Below are positions 1 through 9,454 of a stretch of 20,000 bases of DNA, piece by piece. Numbering within the stretch: the first letter of the stretch is position 1; each line of letters opens with the position of its first letter. The DNA is from Chiloscyllium plagiosum (Eukaryota): the NCBI RefSeq assembly GCF_004010195.1, contig NC_057718.1:78053135-78073134 (forward strand), in the 5' to 3' direction. The notes under the pieces were generated by a model. The model was not told the DNA's origin and did not search any database. It worked only from the letters and a program-made list of their open reading frames with translations. A program made the position numbers and the translations under genes.

Positions 1-387
1 GGCTGAATAGACTGGGGCGGTTTTCCCTAGAGTGTCGGAGGTTCATAAAACCATGGAAATAGATAGGGTGAATAACCAGGATCTTTTCCTTAGGATGGGG
101 GAGTCCAAAACTAGAGGGCATAGGTTTGAGTTGAGAGGGGAAAGAGTTAAAAGGGACTTAAGGGGCAACATTTTCACGCAGAGGATGGTGCATGTATGGA
201 ATGAGCTGCCAGAGGAAGTGTGGAAACTAGTACAATTACAACATTTAATAGGTATCTGGATATAAATAGGAAGGGTTTAGAGGGATATGGACCAAATGCT
301 GACAAATGGGACTAGATTAATTTTGGATATTTGGTCAGTAAGATGAGTTGGACTGAAGGCTCTATTTCCCTGCTGTCCAGCTCTGAC
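1..387 (+). mobile_element. CR1-clade LINE 3' end (ORF2 C-terminus and 3' UTR)
   Basis: ORF 32..265 carries SKTRGHRFEL...FTQRMVHVWNELPEEV, the typical CR1 ORF2 C-terminus. The tail ggactgaaggctctatttccctgctgt resembles the tail of the copy at 3730-3810. Confidence 0.9.
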
Positions 388-394
388 ATATTGA

Positions 395-1705
395 CAAATT
401 ACAGAGAAGTACAAAAGTAATAGAGAATTTCAACTTTCCCAACATTAGCTGGGAAAGATTTGTAGGGTGTGGAATTCTTAATGCATCCAGAAGAGCTTTT
501 TAAACCAGTATGTAGAAGGCCATATGTACAAGAAAGGGGATGTTCCTGGATTTAATTTTAGGTATTGCATCCAGGCAAGTGGTTGAAGTATCAGTGGTGC
601 GCGTTCTTCAGACAAAGATGATAATTCCATAAGATTTGGTGGCTCGGTGGCACAGTGGTTAGTATTGCTGCCTCAGTGCCAGAGACCTGGGTTCAATTCC
701 CGCCTCTGTGCAAACTCCACACAGACAGTTGCCTGTCTCCCCATGTCTGCGTGGGTTTCCGCCGGGTGCTCCGGTTTCCTCCCAAAGTGCAAGTTAGGTG
801 AATTGGCCATGCTAAATTGCCCGTAGTGTTAGGTGAAGGGGTAAATGTAGGGGAATGGGTCGGGGTGGGTTGCTCTTTTGAGGGTCGGTATGAACTTGTT
901 GGGCCAAAGGGGCTATTTCCACATTAAGTAATCTGATCATTCAAGGTTGTTATGAAAAAGGACCAGAATGGACTTAAAATCCAAGTTCTAAACTGAGCGG
1001 TGGCCATACTTTAATAAGATCGGGTATGATTTGGTCAGAATGGACTGGGAGCAGATATGTAGGCAAATCTGTGTCAGAGCAGTGGGACCATTGAAGAAGT
1101 ATTAGGAAGTATACAGGGCCAGTATGTTCCAATAAAGGCAGTGGGTCCATCAAATACTGTGGATGCTGAAGATCAAGGGATGTGCAAGATTGGATAAAGA
1201 GAAAAAGAGGAGACTTGGTGCAGAAATCTAAGACTCAAAATAGCAAGTGCCCTGGAGGAATAAAGCATTTGCATGGGGAAACTTGAAAAAGAAAGTTAGT
1301 GAAAAGGGTGCGTGAAAGAATAATGGCACGTAAAAAAGGAAAATCCTAAGTTTTACAAGTGCATTAAGGGTAAAAGGATACCAATAGAGAAAGTTAAGGA
1401 CAACAGTGGTTATTATGCACAGTGCCAGAGGACTCAAGTAAGGTTCTAAATTAATATTTTATGATGCAGCTCACTATTGAGAGGGATGACGTGCCTCGGA
1501 AATCAGGCAAAAGGAGTATGATTTATTGAAAGAAGTTAGTAAAGACAGAAGGTTCTGTGTGGTCTGATAGGTTTAAAAGCAGAAAAATCTGCAGAGCTGG
1601 TTGAAATGTCCACGGGCTTTTGAGTTAGTTAGGAGAGGAAATAAGACATTGGCAATAATTCTTAATTCCTCTCCCGTCACAGGAAAGGTACCAGCCTCTG
1701 GAGGA
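395..1705 (+). mobile_element. Old, degenerate CR1 ORF2 fragment (endonuclease end, linker, start of RT), interrupted by a SINE
   Basis: Broken frames read NFNFPNISW, CIQKSFLNQYVEG, FLDLILG, PGKWLK/GQVVEVSV, DNSIRF | KVVMKKD, DWEQ, LAIILNSSPVTGKVP, in the order expected for CR1 ORF2. Confidence 0.8.
638..937 (+). mobile_element. tRNA-derived SINE (HE1-like elasmobranch SINE) nested in the old CR1
   Basis: A-box TGGCACAGTGG (648-658), B-box GGTTCAATTCC (690-700), core gtgggtttccgccgggtgctccggtttcctccca and a CR1-like 3' tail. It splits the host reading IRF|KVV. Confidence 0.88.
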
Positions 1706-2083
1706 CATCCTGATCAGGTGTACCCTAGAATTCTGTGGGAAGCTAGGGAAGTGATTTCTGGGGCCCTTGCTGAGATATTTGTACTGTCGATAGTCACAGA
1801 TGAGGTGTCAGAAGACTGGAGGTCAGCTAACGTGCCATATTTAAGAAAGGTGGTAAGGGCAAGCCAGGGAACTATAGATCGGTGAGCCTGACGTTGGTAG
1901 TGAGCAAGTTGTTGGAGGGAATCCTGAGGGACAGGATGTACATGTATTTGGAAAGCAAGGACTGACTAAGGATAGTCAACATGGCTTTGTACGTGGGAAA
2001 TCATGTCTCTCAAACTTGATTGAGTTTTTTGAAGAAGTAACAAAGAGGATTGATAAGGGTAGAGCGGTAGACATGTTCTATAT

Positions 2084-2731
2084 TGCGGTCCTTCTTCAAG
2101 GACCGCAATTTCCCCCCCCTGACGTGGTCGACGATGCCCTCCACCGCATCTCTNNNNNNNNNNNNNNNNNNNNNNNNNNNNNNNNNNNNNNNNNNNNNNN
2201 NNNNNNNNNNNNNNNNNNNNNNNNNNNNNNNNNNNNNNNNNNNNNNNNNNNNNNNNNNNNNNNNNNNNNNNNNNNNNNNNNNNNNNNNNNNNNNNNNNNN
2301 NNNNNNNNNNNNNNNNNNNNNNNNNNNNNNNNNNNNNNNNNNNNNNNNNNNNNNNNNNNNNNNNNNNNNNNNNNNNNNNNNNNNNNNNNNNNNNNNNNNN
2401 NNNNNNNNNNNNNNNNNNNNNNNNNNNNNNNNNNNNNNNNNNNNNNNNNNNNNNNNNNNNNNNNNNNNNNNNNNNNNNNNNNNNNNNNNNNNNNNNNNNN
2501 NNNNNNNNNNNNNNNNNNNNNNNNNNNNNNNNNNNNNNNNNNNNNNNNNNNNNNNNNNNNNNNNNNNNNNNNNNNNNNNNNNNNNNNNNNNNNNNNNNNN
2601 NNNNNNNNNNNNNNNNNNNNNNNNNNNNNNNNNNNNNNNNNNNNNNNNNNNNNNNNNNNTGACCTGCTGCGCTTTTCCAGCAACACATTTCCATCTCTGA
2701 TCTCCAGCATCTGCAGACCTCACTTTCTCCT
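2084..2731 (+). mobile_element. 5'-truncated Penelope-like element inserted in the CR1 RT, with a 12-bp TSD
   Basis: TSD CATGTTCTATAT at 2072-2083 and 2732-2743. The 5' part reads SFFKDRNFP...VVDDALHRIS, recalled as shark Penelope ORF upstream of the GIY-YIG domain. The 3' tail tgacctgctgcgcttttccagca matches the hammerhead-bearing repeat at 16680-16779. Confidence 0.8.
2154..2659. other. Assembly gap (506 N)
   Basis: Run of N inside the inserted element. Confidence 1.
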
Positions 2732-4000
2732 CATGTTCTATATGGACTTCAGTAAGGCATTCAACAAGGTTCCCCATGGGAGGATTGTTTATCAGACTGG
2801 AGGCCTGTGACCAGTGGAATGCCACAAGGATCGGTGCTGGGCCACTACTTTTCATCATTTAAATGCATGATTTGGACGTGAGCGTAAGAGGTAAACTTAG
2901 TTTGCAGATGACACCAAAATTGGAGGTGTAGTGGACAACAAAGAAGGTTACCTCCGATTACAACAGGATCTTGATCAGATGGGCCAATGGGCTGAGGAGT
3001 GGCAATGGAGTTTAATTTAGGTAAATGAGGTGCTGCATTTTGGGAAAGCAAATCATAGCAGGACTTATACACTTAATGGTAAGGTCCTGGGGAGCGTTGC
3101 TGAACAGAGACCTTGGAGCACAGGTTCATAGCTCCTCGAACGTAGAGTTGCAGGTAGATGGGATAGTGAAGAAGGCATTTCGTATGTTTTCCTTTACTGA
3201 TCAGAGTATTGAGTACAGGGTTTGGGAGGTCATGTTGCAGCTGTACAGGACATTGGTTAGGCCACTGTTGGAATATTGTATGCAGTTTTGGTCTCCTTCC
3301 TATCGGAAGGATATTGTGAAACATGAAAGGGTTCAGAAAAGATTTACAAGTATATTGCCAGGGTTGGAGGATTTGAGCTATAGGCAGAGGTTGAATATGC
3401 TGAGGCTGTTTTCCCTGGAGTGTTGGAGGCTAAGGGATGACCTTACAGAGGTTTATAAAATCATGAGCAGCATGGATAGGGTAATTAGACAAGGGTCTTT
3501 TCCCTGGGGTGGGGGAGTGCCGACTAGAGGGCATAGCTTTAGGGTGAGGGGGGAAAGATGTAAAAGAGACCTAAGGAGCAACTTTTTCATGCAGAGGGTA
3601 GTGCATGTGTGGAATGAGCTGCCAGAAGTAGTGATGGAGACGAGTACCATTGCACCATTTAAAAGGCATCTGGACGGGTATATGAATAGGAAGGGTTTGG
3701 AGGGATATGGGCCGGGTGCTGGCAGGTAGGACTAGATTGGATTGGATTATCTGTCGGCATCGAAGGGTCTGTTTCCGTGCTGTACCTCCCTATGACTATA
3801 GACTCTGAGCCAAAAAGCTTTTTTGATGCTGTGTACCTCTATAACTATGTCTATGACCTGTGACCTTTTTATCATAAAGGGCCAATATAGTAGAAATGAG
3901 TTGTTTGTAACATCACTGGAACAGTTACCATGCTACTTTTCTCCAGTTTATGAACATAAATTTTACCGAAAAGTAATAAAAGTTTAAAATATATTTTATT

Positions 4001-4708
4001 AGTCATAGAGATGTACAGCACAGAAACAGACCCTTCAGTCCAAATTGTCCAGACTGACCAGATATGCTAACATCATCTAGTCCCATTTGCCAGCACTTAG
4101 TCCATATCCCTCTCAACTCTTTCTATTCATATACCCATCCAGATGCCTTTTAAACGTTGTAATTATACTAGCTTCTACCACTTCCTCTGGCAGCTCATTC
4201 CAATACACGCACCACCCTCTGCGTGAAAAAAGTTGTCCCTTGGGTCCCTTTTAAATTCTTCCCCTCTCACCCTAAACCTTCGCCCTCTAATTCTGGACTC
4301 CCCCTCCCCAGGAAAACAAATCTTGTCTATTTACCCTATCCATGTCCCTCATGATTTTATAAACCTCTATAAGGTCATCCCTCATCCTCTAATGCTCTAG
4401 GGAAAATAGGCCCAGCCTATTCAACCTCTCCCTGTGGCTCAAATCCTCCAACCCTGGCAACATTCCTGTAAATCTTTTCTGAACCCTTTCAAGTTTCAAA
4501 CATTCTTCCAAGAGGAGGGAGACCAGAATTGCACATACTATTTCAAAAGTGGCCTAACCAATGTCCTATATTGCTGCAACATGACCTCCCAACTCCTGTG
4601 CTCAGTGCTCTGCCCAATAAAGGAAAGCATGCCAAATGTTGCCTTCACTATCCTATCTACCTGCGAATCCACTTTCAAGGAACTATAAACCTGCACTCCA
4701 AGGTCTCT
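4001..4708 (-). mobile_element. CR1 LINE 3' fragment, antisense
   Basis: Reverse-complement similarity to ~3105-3800, for example cttcctctggcagctcattcca versus tggaatgagctgccagaag, and tacagcacagaaacagacccttc versus gaagggtctgtttccgtgctgta. Confidence 0.93.
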
Positions 4709-4807
4709 GTTATGGCTATTGAAAGTTCTTAAGCTAGTCCCATAGTTTTAGTGAGAAACTGAAGCTGTTATTCTGCAAAAATCTAAGCTTATTTTTTACT
4801 ATTATAG

Positions 4808-4951
4808 GCAACCACATTATTAACGATGGATAAGTATTTGGCAGAAGACATTTCAAATATCAACAATACTTGTTTTAAATTGAATTCATTGCAATTGCAA
4901 GCGCTACTTCAAAGCTACCACTGTGCACAGGATGAGCCCTATATCCCTCAG
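4808..4951 (+). CDS. AFDN: Afadin coding exon A (C-terminal part of DIL region), 144 nt, phase 0/0
   Basis: Acceptor ttttttactattatag|GCA, donor CAG|gtattt. Translates ATTLLTMDKYLAEDISNINNTCFKLNSLQLQALLQSYHCAQDEPYIPQ, matching the recalled vertebrate afadin segment ATTLLTMDKY..DDIPNINSTCFKLNSLQLQALLQNYHCAPDEPFIP. Missed by the ORF track. Confidence 0.96.
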
Positions 4952-5559
4952 GTATTTAAATTACTGAGCAACAATGATTTTAAGGTTTTAATTTAAGTAA
5001 TAATAGAATTGTCACATTGGCATGCTTTTTAGAGTTAAAGCATTTAGCCAAGCATGAGTGTTTTTTGGGGAGGGAGGTATTTTCCTCTACTGGGAAGCCC
5101 AAATGGGGATCCTTCACGAGGAGCAAATTTTAATAAGCTGCAGAATCATGATCAAAACTACCAGTTGTATGCATTTGATCGACAGTATTTATGTGATATA
5201 TTTTTGGTTCAATTAAAAGTGAAAATGTTTTTTTGAGAAAGCATGTAAACTGTTTATAGAGATATTTGATAACTACTGGTAGTTAAGAACTTTAACTGAT
5301 ATTTTGAAGCTGTCATTTATTTGAAGTGAAAGTAAATATTAAACGAATCAGAGTACCTTGATTCAATTCAGAGTTGCTCCACAAGTTTGGGATTTACCAT
5401 GGCAAAATCATGATTTCATTTTTAAACTTAGGAGCCTGTTCCCCCTCCTCCCAACAGTGACAGCTTCAAAAATATTTTAGCTGTATGCGTGTTGGGCCTA
5501 TGGTAGCCAAAGGAGGGAGCACTGGGTTGGTGAGGCATGTGGTGGGGGAGGAGAAGTGC

Positions 5560-5857
5560 TCCTCCCTCTTCCATCCCATTGGCCTGTCTCCCTCTTCTCC
5601 CCCTCCCTCACCTCCTGCTATCTGCTCTTCTCCATACACCACCCTCCCTCTATCATCTCCCTCCCTCATTCCCTTACTGTGTCCACCACCCTGCTTTCCC
5701 ACTTCTCTCTGTTCCCGCCACTACCACTGGCTCTCCCATCGACTCTCCCTGTTGCCCCCCCACGCCATTGCCTGCCCTCTTCTCCCCCCATCATGCTTTG
5801 CCTTTCCCCCTCGCCCTGCCCCCTCACCCTTGCCCTCTTTTTTGTTTTCCCCTGTAG
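5560..5857 (+). repeat. C/T-rich low-complexity tract
   Basis: About 300 nt dominated by ccct/cctc/cccc runs. It explains the Pro/Ser/Leu-rich ORFs in all three frames. Confidence 0.85.
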
Positions 5858-5878
5858 GTATCTATATTATGGCTTCAG
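5858..5878 (+). other. Candidate 21-nt in-frame microexon (VSILWLQ)
   Basis: Pyrimidine tract ending ttttgttttcccctgtag|, donor CAG|gtaatg. It lies in a phase-0 intron and its length is divisible by 3. Confidence 0.25.
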
Positions 5879-6244
5879 GTAATGTAAACCAGATCTGCCT
5901 ATTAGTGTCTCAAGCTGAAGCATGTGGTTCAAGCTGAAATGCAGAACCACCTCAATAATCCAGACGAGACGAGCAAGGAGTATTTCTCAGGTAACTGAGA
6001 GTTTGGGTAACAGATTGTTCGGATAACAGCACTTTTACGGGACCTTGAGATCTTGTTCGAGGTTGTTCTGTACATGGTATCATTTTCTGAAATGGTTGTT
6101 TAAAATTTTAATAGATTATGTAACCCACACTGTCAGTTGCTTAGCCAATCTGTATCTTTATAATGTGATGCAACATAGCTCTTGTTCCTTCCTTCTATTT
6201 TTATGTATGTATATTGACCAGAAATTGTTGGGGTTTGTTTTAAG

Positions 6245-6443
6245 GAATTAATTGAAAATGTAGTGGCATTAGCAGAGAACACAGCTGATGAACTTGCACG
6301 GAGTGATGGTAGAGAGGTGCAATTGGAAGAGGACCCTGACCTACAGCTACCTTTTCTACTACCTGAAGATGGCTATTCCTGTGATGTTGTTCGGAATATT
6401 CCTAATGGCCTTCAGGAATTCTTAGAACCACTTTGTCAGAGAG
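6245..6443 (+). CDS. AFDN: Afadin coding exon B, 199 nt, phase 0/1
   Basis: Acceptor gtttgttttaag|GAA, donor AGAG|gtaggt. Translates ELIENVVALAENTADELARSDGREVQLEEDPDLQLPFLLPEDGYSCDVVRNIPNGLQEFLEPLCQR(G), near-identical to recalled afadin. Overlaps ORF 6263..6457. Confidence 0.97.
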
Positions 6444-6889
6444 GTAGGTTTTTTTAATTCCTTTGCCTTGCTCTCAGTATTAGAAAACATCAGAATTGTT
6501 TTTGCATTATTCTAACTTTTCACCAAATCTGCAGTAATCTTTATTTGTGCTTTTAAGCAGATTTGCAACCAGATTGGTTCTCCATATTTTATATCAAGAA
6601 TTATCTTGGTTTATGTGAATCTTTTCAATTGAATTTACATCCTATGGGTCAGCAACTCCCAGATTCTATATCATGTCTTTGAGTTTCTTGGTACACTGCT
6701 AGAGCTTGTTGAATTAGAAACAGGGCAATTGGCCAAGGCTGATTGCTGTCCAACTGGAGGTGCCTGTGGCATTATGCAACAGTGATATGAGACAAAACTG
6801 AGATATTTAGTATCTACCCACTTGATAAAGCTTGGAATATCAGGTGATTATTTATTTTTGAGTGAAGTGAAAGTACAATATAGTTTAAA

Positions 6890-6960
6890 TGTTGCTAGAA
6901 GGAGACATAAAGGACAAAATGTTTCATCTTGCACTCATCAGGACTGGGACACTAGAAACT
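6890..6960 (-). repeat. Penelope-type tail with a degenerate minimal hammerhead core
   Basis: The minus strand reads gtc-CTGATGA-gtgcaagat-GAAAC-attttgtc. A related, more decayed copy lies on + near 13838-13865. Confidence 0.5.
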
Positions 6961-7175
6961 AGACTACCAATTTATATAGAATGAGAAGAATGTGCTAATT
7001 AGTTGGGTATTGCTCACATAGAGGTGCTACAGGAACTAATATCCGTCAGGTCTCAAACTAGACGGATAGAATCCATGGGGAAAGCTGCAGAGATTGATAG
7101 TCTTCATGACCTCTTTCCTGCTGAAAACATTTTGATGTGTCTACATGAAAGTGTTCTATTTGTTAATAAAAGTAA

Positions 7176-7298
7176 AGTACTGTGGCTGCTGGAGATGTGA
7201 AATACAAACAGAAAGTGCTGGAGAAACTCAGCAGGTCTGTCAGCATTTGTGAAAAGAGAAGCAGTTAACGTTTTGAGTCCAGTATGACTTTTTTGAAG
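7176..7298 (-). repeat. Penelope-derived tail repeat (decayed hammerhead)
   Basis: The minus strand reads gtcatactggactcaaaacgttaactg...atgctgacagacctgctgagtttctccagcac, sharing the gacctgctg...ttccagca block with 2660-2690 and 16700-16725. Confidence 0.7.
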
Positions 7299-7384
7299 TA
7301 GTGGTTTGAGTTAGTACTTGTGGTTTCTAACATTCATTACTCTGTAACCCCGACTGATTAATAGGACCATTCATAGTGGGCAGC

Positions 7385-7530
7385 ATTCTGATTGTGCGCA
7401 TCCAGCCAGTACTTGCAAGCTTCAGTACCATGCCTGATGTTAGTTGTAATCGTGCTATTGGCCAGCATTTACTCAATAATCCATACGGTGCTAAGAATTG
7501 CGCTGGAAACTAGGTTAAGTTGATAATTTG
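7385..7530 (+). mobile_element. Penelope GIY-YIG endonuclease remnant
   Basis: 7445-7525 translates CNRAIGQHLLNNPYGAKNC..N*VKLI, resembling the recalled Penelope motif SAIGQHLL.NP.CA..Y...F.I. Confidence 0.55.
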
Positions 7531-8138
7531 TAACTTTATAGGTCTGGTTGGTCAGAAACGGTACATGCTGATTTATAGCCCCACCACAGCTTTGTGCTAT
7601 TCCCATAGTTGCATTGAGATTTTCAGTCACTGGGAGTTGATGCAAGTCTAGTTATAACCTGCTGAAATCTGTCAAATTTGCCTTGATCTATATTACAGAC
7701 TTTTAGTTAATTTCATGGCAAAATGTGAGATTTGATTGAATGGCAGAATAGGTTTGTGGTGTTGAACAACTCACTACTCATTCTATTATGAGTGGTATCT
7801 CTCTCTACATCAGGCTTTTGTAAAAATAATTCTTAAAAGCTCATTAGAGGAATTAAATGGTTTTGGTCGCCTCTTCTGAAGATGCCTTCTGAAGATGACA
7901 GGTATCAGAAGATGCAGCAAAAGATTTCGATCCGCTTCATAGAGTAAAAAGTCTTAAAGTAACATGTTATATTTAATAAACATGAAATGAAGTGATTATT
8001 ACCATTTTTCCAAACATTAAGCAATCATCTGGAAACTTGTCTCTTTCTAATTAGTGCCTTTCCCTTTCCCCAAACTTACTGTATTTATGAAAAAATACTA
8101 CTATCTGCCGTATTGTTTAAATCTGTTCTATCCTGTAG

Positions 8139-8239
8139 GTTTTTGTAGACTAACCAGTCATTCACGATCACCTGGTACATGGACAGTTTATTTTGAGAGT
8201 GCTGACTATGAAAGTAATTTTCCACTTGATACTGAGTTG
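8139..8239 (+). CDS. AFDN: Afadin coding exon C, 101 nt, phase 1/0
   Basis: Acceptor ttctatcctgtag|GT, donor TTG|gtaagt. Translates (G)FCRLTSHSRSPGTWTVYFESADYESNFPLDTEL. Phase is compatible with exon B, and it matches afadin GFCRL..H.RSPGTWTIYFEGADYES. Confidence 0.96.
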
Positions 8240-8809
8240 GTAAGTTGGTAATTTAGAATGTATATGCATTTATTCCCTCCCTCATTGTTTAAAACAAAGT
8301 TCAATACTATCTGGAACAAATGTATTTACATTGCGTTTGTATGGTGTGTGAGCATTGCTTAATTTGTCAATGATTAGTTGACTTTAATGACATAAAGGCT
8401 ACAAGCTTTCATGAAGGTAAATGTTGATAGGTAGGACATGGAGTGATTAAAGAGAGCTGAATTGACCAGGTTTGATTTTGCTAATGCACTTACCATGAAT
8501 CATTAGTAGCATTACTTCTGAATATTCAAAGCATATTCAAGATTATTGGATAATAGATTTTCTAAAGCAGAAAGAAATGCCACCTTTATCTAAATGCTTC
8601 TCTCTGACAAGATTCTTCATTATTTACTCTGATTTTCATTCTTGGTTTCTTTCAGTTACTGGGAATGGATGGCGGTTTTGTTCTGGTGATCATTCATAGT
8701 GTCTGAAAGTAAACCATTTATGTCAGTTTTCCATTTTTAAGACAGGTTTATTTTTATTAGAAACAACTGGAAAATTTCTCAATCCTTTCAAAGAATTTCT
8801 CATCTTCTA

Positions 8810-9117
8810 CAGTGGCTCAGTAGTTAGCACTGCTGCCTCTCAGCGCCAGGGACTCAGGTTTGATTCCAGCCTCGAGCGAGTGTCTGTGTGGAGTTTGCAC
8901 ATTCTCCCCATGTATGGGTTTCCTCCCACAACACAAAGATGTGCAGGTTAGATGAATTGACCATGCTAAATTGCCTGTAGTGTTTAGGGATGTGTAAGTT
9001 AGGGCATTAGTCTGGGGTAAATATAGGACGGGGGGAATGAGTCTGGGTGGGTTAACCTTCAGGTCGTGTAGACTTGGTCGGCTGAATGGCCTGTTTCCAC
9101 ACTGGTGTGATTCTATG
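8810..9117 (+). mobile_element. HE1-like tRNA SINE with a 9-bp TSD
   Basis: A-box tggctcagtag and B-box ggtttgattcc (8857-8867), with the same core and tail as 638-937. TSD CATCTTCTA at 8801-8809 and 9118-9126. Confidence 0.9.
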
Positions 9118-9216
9118 CATCTTCTATCATGTCACCTCGTTACCTCGTTATTGATTGCATGTGAATATATGGTACGGGTATAAATTTTTAAGTGTTGTTT
9201 CCTTTTTTGTCTCCAG

Positions 9217-9294
9217 GCTTCAGTTCATGAAGCAGATTTTGAATTTGACTTTAGTACCCCAGACATTTATAGTGTCCTGGCTTCTGAATTTTAA
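9217..9294 (+). CDS. Candidate alternative last exon of afadin (coding part, 25 aa + stop)
   Basis: Acceptor tgttgtttccttttttgtctccag|G. Phase-0 frame ASVHEADFEFDFSTPDIYSVLASEF followed by TAA TAA. AATAAA at 9293, 9455 and 9468. No transcript evidence is available. Confidence 0.4.
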   Translation, partial: ASVHEADFEFDFSTPDIYSVLASEF

Positions 9295-9454
9295 TAAATG
9301 TGTCTAAGTATCTTATTTAGCTTAATATGCACATCTTTTTAATATATTATGTATCATATTCTCTTTTAGTATTTTAACTTTATTATACCATTTTCTTGCA
9401 TGTAACCTACTGGCAATGCTGTCTTACCTGATGTTTATTAGTTGTCAGAGCCAC

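Larger units (their letters stand above)
1706..3810 (+). mobile_element. Younger 5'-truncated CR1 LINE (RT domain to 3' tail), interrupted at 2084-2731
   Basis: Motifs PDQVYPRIL, SQHGF, LIEFFEEVT, YMDFSKAFNKVPH, PQGSVLG (2822) and FADDTKIGG (2901). An open 234-aa C-terminal frame runs 3025-3729. The tail is gaagggtctgtttccgtgctgta...ctatgact. Frameshifts and an internal deletion near 2795 are present. Confidence 0.95.

Noticed and set aside
1966..2858. Long ORFs of 204-282 aa
   Set aside because: Artefacts of reading through the 506-N gap.
3025..3729. 234-aa open frame as a domesticated gene
   Set aside because: It is the ordinary C-terminus of CR1 ORF2 in a copy with upstream frameshifts, a deletion and an insertion.
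5511..5567. Imperfect inverted repeat aggagggagcact / agtgctcctccct
   Set aside because: Short and expected by chance next to purine- and pyrimidine-biased sequence.
5466..5937. Pro/Ser/Leu-rich ORFs in several frames
   Set aside because: Produced by a low-complexity C/T tract that lacks stop codons; there is no protein-like signal.
7873..7914. CTTCTGAAGATG twice plus cagaagatg, resembling hammerhead CUGANGA cores or a CRISPR-like repeat
   Set aside because: No properly placed GAAA box and no spacers; it is a short tandem duplication in a eukaryotic intron.
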